64,000 nucleotides of DNA, taken from Iphione sp. A-MEVVRFRX5. Lineage: Eukaryota. The stretch spans positions 119,908,001 through 119,972,000 of the forward strand of contig OZ320314.1 in NCBI GenBank assembly GCA_976226885.1, written 5' to 3'. A program made the translations under genes and the position numbers. The notes beneath the pieces were generated by a model that worked only from the letters and a program-made list of their open reading frames with translations, had not been told where the DNA came from and did not search any database. Numbering within the stretch: the first letter of the stretch is position 1; each line of letters begins with the position of its first letter. Below are positions 26,401 to 38,300 of this stretch, piece after piece.

Positions 26401-29400
26401 GAATTATACATGGATACAGATACAGATGTAGATACAGACACACAGGTGAGGCATCTATATGTACAAGTACATTTTTTATTTTACCAACAGACAATCCTCT
26501 TGGTTCCTACCCTGTTCTTGTTACCTGCTGATTCAGGAGAAAAACTGGGACTTGGAGTAACTATTCTCCTGGCCTTATCTGTTTTCCTTATTACACTATC
26601 AGAAACCACCCCTAAAAGTTCTGACTACGTCCCAATCCTCAGTAAGTAGTGGGAAAATGTATGTCAGATGACTATATAATACACTGAGTTAGAATTTGTA
26701 TGATAATGGAAGATTTCTATAAATATATTATAAAATAGAACAGCAGCTTTGTTAAAGCAGATATACATGTATGATATTGTATACATGTATGCATACAACT
26801 GTTTAATTAATGAAGACCTATTTCTCAATATGCAACTGCCCTTTTTGATTAAACCCAAAGTACTTTTCCATAAGTTAAAATGTCAAATTATATGTCTGAA
26901 TGAACAAATATATCTATTTTTCACTTTACTTACAGCCATATTTGTGACCTTCCAAATGACTATCACGGCAATATCTGTCATAGCGACGACCCTCATCCTA
27001 CGTATGCATTTCAATACATCCCCAACGCGGCCTGCCCGTTGGCTTAGAACCCTTATTCTACGTTACTTCGCCATTGGTTTGTGCATGGGTGATCAGAGAA
27101 AAGAGGTATTTATAACTTGAATATCATATAGTAGTAAGTCACTATTGGGAAATCCTCTGTTCTTAATAGAAATGTGTCCCTATTAGGCAAAAAAATATCT
27201 GTTTCTGGCAATAACTGAAAAAATAGGGTTTGTAGGTAGGTAGCTTTCTTTCCTCTGTCAATGGAAGCTAAAAGCAAAAATTATGTGCTTTCAAGGAGGC
27301 ACTTTTACTGCCTTAGTCTTAATGATACTTCTACTGTCTGAAAACTGATGATGTAAGGAATAAAATTATGTATATTATACATCTGTAGTGTCATTCAGCA
27401 GCAAGATATTGACTAAGTAATTATTTGACAAACTGCAATACTCCCAAAATTTGGGTTGGTCAGTTTATGACAAACATGCACTTCACACACATGTTTCACA
27501 TGCAAACCCATGGGGAAAAAGCTTCTATAACAATCAAAGCATGAGGTGTACTGAACCTTGCCTTCTGGGTTTTAATCAGTTCATCAGTTCAATGGCTTTA
27601 GTTCTACTATTGTTCACTAGTTATCCTCCTGAGATGGAGGTGCTACCCCAACCAAGCAAAGTACAATCCCTCAGCTAGCTCAAGTGAACCTATTATCATA
27701 ATTGTTCATGGGATTGCATTAGGCATAGCTGGCTTGCCAATTTATGATAACTGCCTTGCATTATCCTCAAGCAGATTATTTTAGTTGCATTTTTTAAACA
27801 TTTTTTCTACAAAATGCCAGTTTGAACATCACAAAACCAGCATGCTGCCTGGTTATAATAATGGGTCCCTACTACATCAGTTATCTCCCTTTATCAGACT
27901 GTTTGTCCCTGTCCTTGCCAAGCAATGTCTATCAGATTCTTGTTGCATCCCAGGTAACAACATTCTATACATTTTTTAAATGTTGCAGCTTGGTTTGGTA
28001 AAAGCTGTGAAATAATCTTAATAAAATGTAAGGTGAACTTTGTAAACATTTATAAAATGTTGCAGTTTGAAGCCCTAGGAAAAACCTTCACAAAACTTAC
28101 TCAGCTGTCCAACTGTGGGATTTGAACCCACTTTTTCTAAATCAATACCTAACACCCAATCCACTGTACAATCTTGACTTATTTTACATCATGTTAAAAA
28201 ACCTTATTTATTGTCCAATGGAACTAAGCTACAATGTTCTAAAGACATTAATAATCAAACTACAGTAATTCACAAATATATAGTAATGTGAATTCATTTT
28301 CACATTTTGTGAATTAGTTTTCTTACCTAACCAAACCACTATGTTTCTTGTAATTTTACTTGCTTGTGATCATTAAGCATTTATATCATGTCGTGTGAAG
28401 GTGTTTTATTTGTTTAGAGGTGTTTCATTTGATCTAAACAACTACAGCGTTCTCTAAACTTTTCATTCTCTTATTACCTGAATGTTATGTTTTAAGAGTT
28501 ATACAACATTGTAAGAAGGTTGTTCTCTAACCTAACCAAACAACAATATTCTAAAGCATTTCGTAACACCATTTGTTACCTTGGGAGTATGGCGACACAT
28601 TCAGCATGCAGCACATTGACCCCACTTGTACTTTGTTTTTGACATTTTATATAATGATCAATTTCTTTTTGCAGCTCTCTTGATGGAAAATTAGTGGCAC
28701 AAAACATATTCAGGTATGATTGATTACACAAGTATTTTTTTAATGATATACAGGTGAAGGATGAACAAGAAGATACCTGGTCCTCGAAAAAGGCAGGTAT
28801 CAGGGAGAGCTTGGTTTCATTAAAGGAAAAAGCACAAACTGATGATGAGTATGCTAAGATGAGTCGAGGAAACCAAAAACTACTTGACTGTTTGCAGGTC
28901 ATTGTGGAAAAGATCAGAGGTAATATGTCTATTTCAATATATTTACTGAAGCATTCTATATGTAAAATAGTGTGTGTGTTCAATGGCTTCTAGTTGCATC
29001 CTATGCAAAGCACCTATAACCACATTTTTGTCAACTGGAAAGCATCTAGTTACATGTACACCAAAATTTGAAAGTTCATAAAGCCTTAGGAATTTTAGAA
29101 AAATTTGTATTTCTGGTAACCTAACCAACCTTAATTGGGGGCCAATTGTAAATACTTATTTTTCATTGTTTTGTTAAATAGCTTTAAAACAGAAAATGTT
29201 GGAGAATTATACTATAGAGCATCTTCTTCCTTCAATTTCACATGATACCAGTTTCATGAAAATCTAAGGAGTAGAGGTGATACTGCTGTATACATTTATT
29301 GCTTTCAGTAATGGTTAACATTGCAAAAAAAAGATTTTAAAAAATACCACCTATATACTGCCCCTACATTCTTTCAGCCTGTTACTTGAAACACAGATAA

Positions 29401-29615
29401 CTTTTTTTAAACTTCATTATAGATAGAATGCAAAGTATGTAAATGGTTCTGGTGGAAACTTGTATTTTAAAGATGATGAGGCGGCGAATGAAGTCTCAGA
29501 TGAATGGAAGAGGATTGCATTTGTACTGGACCGGTTCTTCTTTTGGATTTTTTCTGTCACAATTTTCATTGCAACTGTGTACATCTTTGCATCTGGGGCT
29601 GCAGCTCAGGTTTAA
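11424..29615 (+). CDS. Nicotinic acetylcholine receptor-like Cys-loop cation channel subunit (non-alpha), 460 aa; exons 1-2 plus cassette A
   Basis: Exons 11424-11490, 13612-13745, 22467-22511, 23076-23185, 24236-24440, 25595-25786, 26491-26641, 26936-27105, 28754-28919, 29473-29615. All GT-AG, phases consistent, 1383 nt in total. Signal peptide MDKEKARLLCMAFVIANMCGQA; YNTDARP; WQDPKLSWNP; Cys-loop CNMDTTNFPFDIQTC; M2 GEKLGLGVTILLALSVF; M4 EWKRIAFVLDRFFFW; nAChR-typical 45- and 110-nt exons; no vicinal CC in loop C. Confidence 0.93.
13531..13600. repeat. (TAT/CAT)n trinucleotide microsatellite
   Basis: Directly abuts the exon 2 acceptor TTGTTGAACAG. Confidence 0.9.
13790..14000 (+). mobile_element. 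Tc1/mariner-type MITE left arm
   Basis: TA then CAGTAGAACCCCT.., with repeated GGACAACC/GGACCACC motifs; no matching right TIR found nearby, so the right boundary is approximate. Confidence 0.55.
14410..14612. repeat. Degenerate ~20-bp tandem repeat
   Basis: Recurring ATGGCAAAACAGAGGGATGT-like units. Confidence 0.65.
16006..17350 (-). mobile_element. Penelope-like element (PLE) ORF remnant, N-terminal/RT start
   Basis: Minus strand ..KPWQPPPGPSSLESF.. then IVIKPVHQGVKIVILSCEDCVAEAPSRLAKKESYHEMEKDLT, matching the PLE motif IVIKPADKGGxxVIxxxxDYxxEAxRQLxxxxxYxxLxxDPT; decayed. Boundaries approximate. Confidence 0.65.
18163..18420. mobile_element. PIF/Harbinger-type MITE (reverse orientation, right terminus damaged)
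   Basis: TAA then GGCCTAAT..CTGTGTTTCCAGTAACCCGAC; inverted GTTACCGGCAACACAG..TTTAGG at the other end. Confidence 0.7.
18560..19170 (-). mobile_element. CR1/L2-type LINE RT C-terminal fragment
   Basis: QYLGILLDNKLNW...LSYVKKFI...LVLTMALPVMDHGS matches the post-RT LINE motif YLGxxLDxxLxW. Confidence 0.7.
19178..19650. repeat. 134-bp tandem repeat, ~3.5 copies
   Basis: CAT(A/G)CGTCTG recurs at 19178, 19312, 19446 and 19580. Confidence 0.9.
20403..20572. mobile_element. Tc1/mariner-type MITE
   Basis: Perfect 19-bp TIR CAGTAGAACCTCAGAACTG, TA duplication on both sides. Confidence 0.85.
21755..21902. mobile_element. Degenerate Tc1/mariner-type MITE containing the start of the duplicated unit
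   Basis: TA-CAGTGGAATCTC ... GAGGGATTCTATGG-TA; its right part recurs at ~32060-32185 and ~57090-57198. Confidence 0.55.
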
Positions 29616-30439
29616 TAATAACCATTCTGCATGCTACTAGAATGGATAAGAGGAATAAATAGCACCCATCATCACCCATCATAAAAATGTAACTAAAAAA
29701 TGAAAAAGTTTAAAATCTGATGAATATGGATTTTCACAGTGTTTTTGTCTTACATAATATATCTTATGTGCTGTCTATACGTTTAGGAAAAATATTTCTG
29801 AATAATTGTTTTCTTTCAAATCATGAAGGTTTTATTATACCCAAGAATAGAATAATTGATATCAACATAAATTTTGTTTCATGCAAAGTTTTGTTTTGTT
29901 TCATAGAACTTACATTATTCTTCTTACTTGTGTTCTTGCACTAAGTATGTAGTTATCATTATTACGAATATTTTTCATACACTGTAAATAGGAAGAGTTT
30001 TGACTGTGATTTCCTGGAATATAAGCAATTTTAATAATCTCATACGGAATTCAAACCACAACCAGAATTGGTTCTATCTTTAAGGTTCACACAAAGATTT
30101 CAGGATCTTTTGGAAACCTCATTGAAATAAGTATGGGTATAATTCTTTCATTTCTCTTTCACGATCACTTGCCCCCGCCTTATTAAATCCTGTAAAATCT
30201 GTTTTACCTGTCAGTCTGTATGTTTATTTCCATTTGATATATCTACCAGATATTTTCTTTGATGGAGGTGTGTTTACCCATAGAGACAATAAACCACACC
30301 TTTTCCAGAGTAGTAATTTAAAAGAGTGCTAGAAGGAGGCAGCCTATTAATGGACTGTGATGTGTATCACATACATATACTGTACATGTACAGTGTATTT
30401 CACATATATTTTTTAGTAAAATTTTATTCTCCTTATTGG

Positions 30440-30445
30440 AATAAA
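30440..30445 (+). terminator. Poly(A) signal of cassette A
   Basis: AATAAA within TTCTCCTTATTG(G/C)AATAAAGTGAATCTCTATCTT, conserved at the equivalent position after cassette B. Confidence 0.6.
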
Positions 30446-32373
30446 GTGAATCTCTATCTTGCTTTTGGGCCAATTGTTTTCTTTATGACAACCTAGTAAC
30501 AACAAAGACACCTGTAGGTTCAATTTTCAGCCTTTATTTCTGGAACAGCAGTACAGCATCTCAATGGTTGGCAGAGGACAAGTTTGTTGAGGGGGTCATA
30601 ACAATCTCATTATATACTCAAATTACCTGATAAACACTGCACACAAACATCACGTGGTATGTTTAACCATTAATTGCATGTCGGATGAACAGTACTTGAT
30701 TATCTTTCTTTCCGACGATTAAGACAATTGTTACTCCTAACATAATTATTGCTACATGAAGTGTTCTCTCACTCTGGCATAACGTTATACCACTATCACA
30801 TAACGCTATCTGCCTCACACCTAAGGCACTGTGTTACAGCCTAACACTGATATTTACAATGCCCGATCATTTTTCAAACATACACTAAATTCAGCATTGT
30901 ATTAGCAATACTGATTTAGGAACCATTGGAGAGTCTATTACAAGATTCAAAGCCTTAGTCTGATATTGCTCTTTAAAGGGTTTCTAAGATGTCCCATCCC
31001 ATTGTTGTTGCCCTGATATAAGTAAGTATTTTTGTGAATTACATATCAATTTATATAAAAATACAGACATATATCCACATCTAGAAAAGAAACATGTCCA
31101 TATTTACATACTAGCGTGTATCAAACGTGTTAGACAAAAAGTATTTAAACTAAACACTTCTTTCACAGTGAATAACACTTTTATTTTTATATATGAAAAG
31201 AAGTTTTCAATGGGGAGATATCCAGGGCAGAAAAGGACACATTGGAAAAGTACCAAGGGTATCCGGATTAGAGACTTTACACTGTCTGTATAATATATAC
31301 ACTTCAAAACATTGAACATGGCAGCCCTGGAGAACAGGCCCCGAGAGTGACCAGCACCCAACTGAAGAGCTACAGCAGAAACTAAACACCAGAGGAAAGA
31401 TTAGAGGACATCACCATGGTGTACTGAAAGGTTATGTGAGATATGAATTAACAGTAAAACTCCATTTTAACCCACTTTACCTGTTGAGAGTACGAGTTGG
31501 GAAAGTATGAAGAATAGTCATTAATAGTGTTTTGAAGAAATAATCATCATAAAACTTGTCATCCTACTTTCTAGTTCTATTTAATGAAATTCTTGGACAA
31601 GTTCCTTTTGTTTATAGATCACTTATTATGATTTTGCTTCTGGGCAAGATGTGATTTTGCTTCTGGACAGGATTATTTTTCAGAGGAAAAATGCCATTTA
31701 TCTATAGTAACCTATAAACATGGAAAAGATAAAGATAAACACAACTGGCAAAATGAGCAAAACTATCCACTTAGTACCAAATTACAATCTGACCAAAAGG
31801 ATGAAATGACCACTCAGTGAGCAACAGTCAAACAAACAAAAGACACAAAACGACTAAAAGTTGTCAGTTAAATTCACCATTGAAAGGACCAAATGGATTC
31901 TCTTTTTGGGGTGCAGGGATTAAAAATATGCTGTCCTAATGCCACAAAACATGATATGGATGAAAAAGAGGGGTATGAGAATAAGAGCAATGGCTGAAAG
32001 GGGGTAAATAACCAAAGATTCCTGTTATATATGTGGTGCTTAATAGTTGAAAGTCATGAGAAAGTGTTATCTTGAAGATCAGGAATTATTCAAACATGCA
32101 TTTATAGGCTTGCTTCTGTCCATGGTCTATACGTAATGTGAGGTGTTCCGATTAGAAGGTTGTCCAGAATGAGGGGTTCTACAGTCAATAGTTTTTCAAA
32201 ACTATGCCACTCACCAAGTTTACCATGCAAGCTGACCACAACAGCAACATAACAACCTCTTCTGAAAAGCTTTTTCTTTCAATTATAAGTACATGTTGGC
32301 TGGATGTCCTTAACTTAATCTAGTTGCTTAGAAGTAGCTCCAGTGTAATAATTAGATATTTCTTTCCTTTAAG

Positions 32374-35300
32374 AATGAGAGGGAACAGTCTGTGACCATA
32401 ACAGCTTATTTTGGTTTGGTAAGTATGTTTTTTAAATATTCATTGATTCCAAACTTCCTGTTTTATCATGCTTTATGTCTATTGTAATCATTGTAGATAG
32501 GTTTGAAAATCTATGAAATTTTGCATTGCCATTCATTGTTTATTGTGTATAAAACGTTTTTACAGCCAATATAATTTCATGATCAATAATCTTATAACAA
32601 TATTGTAGAAATTAAGAAAGCATACATGGTGCTTTCAGTGCTTCAAGAGTCCCTTCAACAACTCCATGTACTATGTTCAATGAGCAAGTGCCATATATCC
32701 TGAATTGATGTGAGATAATGTAGATTAATGACTAATATGAGATCTAATTGAATATTGCCTGATACACCTGACCTGGTATTTAGTGGAAAAGCAAGTAGTG
32801 CAACCATAGTTTCAAATTTCACCTGGAAGTTATGTTTTATAATGTCCATAATGATTCCGATTAAAGAATGATATTTTTATAGAGAACATTCTTTTTCCCT
32901 AAAAGTCTTGGAATGATCCTAAATTAAGTTGGAATCCAGCTGAATTTGATAATGTAGTGGAAATCACCATGGACCCCAAACGACATTGGAGGCCTGCAGT
33001 TGGAATATACAACAGGTAATTATGCACAGACAAAGTATTACTCAAATACTTTTATGAGCTTTCATCTAACATACATATTTATATGTACATGTTCATCTTA
33101 GACTTTAAGTATGGTTTCAAGTGAAAGATGTTGTAGATTCATCATGACCAAGGGAAAGAACAAAGTACCTTCCTGAGGTCAAAGTGATAAATTTACCAAC
33201 TTTTAACAATAATACATACTTAAAAAGAGTTTTCCATGATAATTTAGTTTGGATAGTACCTGTTTGAATGGTTTTGGTTGTTCTGTTTTGGCAATATGCT
33301 ATCTGTTACGTTTTATGATGGCCTGACAATGTTTAGTGAGTATGCCTAGTGCATCCAAACATTTTTCAGTTCTTGTCTGTGAGTTAATGAATTATTAAGT
33401 TAACTGTTAGGATGTCTTTATAATGCCCCTAACATGCATGAATATTGTAACACAGTAGAGGTTGACGGTTATTATGATGGGACTGAATGGGAAAAGGGAA
33501 AACAGTAGTTATGATAGGGATACGAGACTGCTGTATGTATAGTGTACAGATATACGTAATTGTAAGTAGGGCCACTTGTGGAGCCATGTCGCTTTGGCTA
33601 AAACATTTTCGTGTAAATAGGATGTGATCTTTCGCGAGCTCCGCAGTTCTTCGTAATCAGCAGTAACGGTAATAGGACCTTACGGTCATTCAGAGACTCC
33701 TTGTTTCGCACTGCGCAAAACAAGATAAGAGATATTTGGTACCAAGCGCTACCCTGGAAACGAGGTGTTAGTGACGTCAATCCGGTAGAATAATTAACGA
33801 CTCATTGTATCCGAATGTAAGTTGGACATCTGACGAACGGCATCTTCCGGTCCGTTTGAGTATATAAGATTAGCGGTCCGAGTAGTTGGTCGGACTCGCC
33901 CCAGTTGCTGTACATCGTTGATGCTGTGTTGCTGAACCTTGAAGAATAAAGGCTGAATCGAACCTGACTTGCGGTGTTGCAATTTGTGCTACACCCATCT
34001 TTTGGTGCCGTGACCAGGATCAGCTGAATAACATCGAACTTCATGTGGGCGTTAACACAACAACCCTTCGTTAGCGAGGTCGCGGAAGAGGCAAATCGGC
34101 ACGTCGTCTACTCATCCTACTTCGTCAAGGGACGAAGACCGCTTCATTCACGGTTCAGAGGGCGACGGAGCCGGCTGAAGATTATTACGGGCGTGTTGGG
34201 TCGACCTGCGCGTTCCCTGTACATCATCCGAGAACCCAGGTTACCCCGACGCGTCACGGAGTGGGACCTGCCGAGAGGGGTGCGCTGACTTGGTGACGAA
34301 CAGCCACTGGATTTGTCAGGGTTATCCCTGAAGGAACGAACACCGAGTCCGAGGGCAACGACGGTAATTAAGGGCACCAGGCGAGTGTCCCCCGATCCAC
34401 ATCGGGATCGGTTAGCAGTGTCGGCAACCGTTCGGGAACTCGGAGGGCCGGGTTGCCTGCAGCTACCCCCTGCCAAGGCAAGCAGGACGTCGGACCCGTC
34501 GCCGGAGCTGAGTCCCCAGGACCTGAGGCACACCATCACGAGGCAACGGGCGGAGAAGGCCGAGGACGCTCTACAGCAGACGCGGCGAATTTTGCGATCT
34601 ATGAACATTGGCGAGATCGCACAAGACGAGGCCTTCGTGCTGTGGGTTGCGAATCGGGGATGAGGACGACCGGCGGGGAATCCGGCGACCGTGCGACCGG
34701 GTCGATCAACGAGTGCCTGAGAACGGACTGAAAACGAGAACGAGATGGAGCTGAGGCTGAAAGGTGAGCGGGAGTTTGTAAACTCTCTGCCAAGATTTTA
34801 GGTGGGAAAAAGGGTCCCGAGGGCAGGGCCTTTTAAAATTCGTTGTGGGTAAAAAGTACCCCGGGTGACATGGATTTGACCACTTTGCAGTTTGACTCCC
34901 GATCTGTCGGATATATTATAATTATGCTCCTCCTTGCCGCTGTACTAATGGGGGTCCTGGGATATCTGACATGTAGACTGGTCCCTGGGTGTGGCGCCCC
35001 AGAACTTGTGTTGGTGGGAAAGGAACCTGAACCGTACGCACTACCCTAGGCCTATGTAAGTTTCATTGATGGCGGAGCCCGTAGGCCCCGCTCCTATGGA
35101 AGTAGGGCCCGACTTGCAGCGTTGCTTTAGAGGAATCAACCAGCATTTGGCTAAGGTAACTGAGAATTTGAGTATCCAGGGAGCGAAGCAGTCAGTGCCT
35201 AGCTTTGATGGGAAACCTAAGAGTTTCAAACCCTGGCTAAAAGCTATTGAGCATGCCACTATTGGTTACGTTGTTCAGCCAGACGGGGCTGTACGCTTCA

Positions 35301-38300
35301 AACAGCGCTTGGCTCAGCTGACCGCTGAAGGGCTGGTGGCAGATTACATCATACGCTACATTGAAGAACAAGACAATAGGCTACGGGGGGATGATCCACA
35401 GGTGGGGGAACCACCCTTGACTGTGGTAGAGTGGGAACAATTTAGAGAACAGCTGTCACGACGGTTTGGGGAAGTAATTGACCCAGTTCACGCAAAGGGG
35501 TTGTTGAGGAAATGTAAGCAACGTTCGGATGAGACAATCTATGTCTACTCCGAGCGGCTGCTTGACCTGGCTAGAGATGCCTTTACTGCCGAAGAGATGC
35601 GGCAGGCTGCCGTGCAACAGCAGTTAGTGGAATTCTTCACGGATGGCGTTAAGAATCCAAAGGTTGCCAGGATGATTATTAGAGAGGGTCCAGTGGATTT
35701 TGTGGCCGCAGTGGCGTGTGCCGGAGGAGAAACCGAAGTTCTGAGACATATTTCCCTGCGGGGAAGGGATGATCACACTCCTATGGAGGTGGATGCTATC
35801 GATGCCAATCGGAAGCGGTTTCAGGGCACGTGTCACTGTTGCGGGAAGCAGGGGCATATGGCAAAGAATTGCTTTGCGGCCAAAACTAAGCTGAAGGGAC
35901 AAAAGGAGGGTGCGCCCCAGCAGCCGTTGCAAAAGGTGATTAAAAAGGTCCAGTGTTACGCATGCAAGAAATTTGGACATTACCAGTCTCAATGCCCGAA
36001 TAAAACCTCAGCCACAGCTACATAATTAATTTGCCGACCAAATTGTGCAAAATGGATAGGCCAACGATAAAGATCAAGGTAGGCCCATACGGGTTTCGCG
36101 CTCTGCTAGATACTGGGGCAGACGTATCAGTAGTGAGGGAGGATATCTACCGCAGTCTGGAAAAGAGACAGCTAGCTACCCCTGTGGGGCCTCCGCCTAC
36201 GGCAGTTCGAGGTGTGGATGGGGGAGAATTACGGCAGGAAGGGACAACTGTTGTCGGGTTTTCTATATTGGGAAAACACTTCTCCACGGAGTTCCGGATT
36301 ATGAGTAGTACTCGTCACACGTTCATTCTGGGATGGGATTGGTTAAGCCAACACCCCATGCAGCTCTTACCAGAGGAGGGCATGGTGCGATGTGGGTCAC
36401 TGCTGGTTCCCATGATTGGGGAGCAGCAGATTGACGCCATCGTGCGCGCCGAAGCAGACACAGTGCTGCCGCCGGGCACTGCGGTGCTGGCGTTCGGGAA
36501 TCGTAGACGAAAGGGGACCCTGGGAGAAGATACCGCTGCCATGATAGTCCGTGGCTCCAAACAGAGCTACTTAACGGAAGAACCGGGCGTCCTGGTGGCG
36601 AATTGTCTGACAACGATAAAGTCGGAAAGGGTGCCGGTGCTCATTGTTAACACTACCACCCGTACTCTTATGGTGAGAGCGGGAAATGTGATCGCAGAAG
36701 TGGAAGCTGTGACGGATGGGAATTATGTGGAGCTGGGATTAGTACAAGCAGATGCCTCGCCCGCTCCTAGGGAATTGAAGACGGCAGCAGCTTCGTTAGA
36801 GGAATTGTTGACAAATAATGAGGACCTGTTTGCGGCCTCAGATATGGAGTTAGGATGCACCCATCTCGTCACAATGGAAATTGACACCGGAGAACATGAG
36901 CCAATAGCACAAAGACCGTATCATACCCCGTTATCCAGACAAGCCGTGGTGGAAGAAAAGATTCAAGGCATGTTGGATGCCGGAATCATCCGCACTAGTC
37001 GCAGTCCATGGGCCTCACCAATAGTGTTGGTGGAGAAAAAGGACCGCACTATGCGGTTTTGCGTCGATTATCGACGAGTTAATGATGTGACGGTTAAGTT
37101 CAATTGGCCGTTGCCCCGCATTGATGACATCCTAGCCAAACTGGGAGGTAGTACGTGCTTCTCGACGTTAGATCTGCGGAGTGGCTACCATCAAGTACCG
37201 ATGGAGGAAACCTCGTGGCCCAAGACTGCGTTTGCTTGTCACGCTGGCTTGTTTGAGTTTATGGCATGCCGTTCGGCTTATGTAATGCGCCGAGCGTCTT
37301 TTGCGAGTTAATGGCTAAGGTACTGGATGGAATTAATGGAACTTTCACCACTGCATATATCGATGACATATTGGTCTGGTCCCCGGACCAGGCCACTCAT
37401 CTCTGCCATTTGCAGATGGTGTTTGACAGATTGCGGGATGCTGGACTGAAGTTGAAGCGAAGTAAGTGTGACTTCTTCTGCCCTCAGCTGCAATATCTGG
37501 GCCATGTAATTACACCAATGGGGGTGCGGCCTGATGAGGGTAAAGTTGCCAGCATCTCTGAACTGGAGCCGCCTGAAGACGTGAAGGGAGTAAGATCCTT
37601 CATTGGGATGGCGAGCTTTTATAGAAGGTATGTGCCATCATTTGCCCAGATTGCCGAGCCATTGATCGCTATGACACGGAAGCGAGCCGAGTTCCAATGG
37701 ACTCCGGAGTGTCAATGCGCCTTTGACACCCTTAAGGAGAAACTGACCAATCCTCCTCTGCTGGCCTTTCCTGTCTTCGACAGGGAGTTCATTTTGTACA
37801 CCGATGCTAGCGACGCCTGCATCGGAGCTGTGTTGGTACAAGAATTTGACGACGGGGAAAAACCGATCCAGTATATGTCGCACCACCTGAGTGAGACTCA
37901 ACAGAGATGGCCTGTAATTGAAAAAGAGGGGTTTGCTATTGTCTCTGCCATACGCAAGTTCCGCGCTTTTCTCTATGGACACAAATTTGTTGTCCGAACT
38001 GATCACAAACCTTTGAAGTTCCTATTTAAGTCAGAACAAAAGAATGCGAAGGTCCAGCGATGGGCTATGCAGCTTTCTGAGTATGACTGTGAAATTCAAT
38101 ATATTCCTGGTAGGGAGAATATCCCAGCCGATGCTTTAAGTCGGTTGTGGTCCGGTCGGACGGACCCACAGGTGGAAGCCCCCACTCCGGAGGGTGAGGT
38201 GGCTCCGCTCGACCGAACCGCGTCGGATGCGGGGTCGGGGCCCCTTGAAGACTCCGCACCCGAACCGCACGCGCAAAGTACAGACGGTAATGCCCCCAGT

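Noticed and set aside
29616-32373. Possible private exon 1/2 for cassette B, e.g. MEKIKINTTGKMSK.. near 31720
   Set aside because: No hydrophobic signal, early stop, no YN..RP motif, and the frame is not conserved in the homologous region before cassette C.
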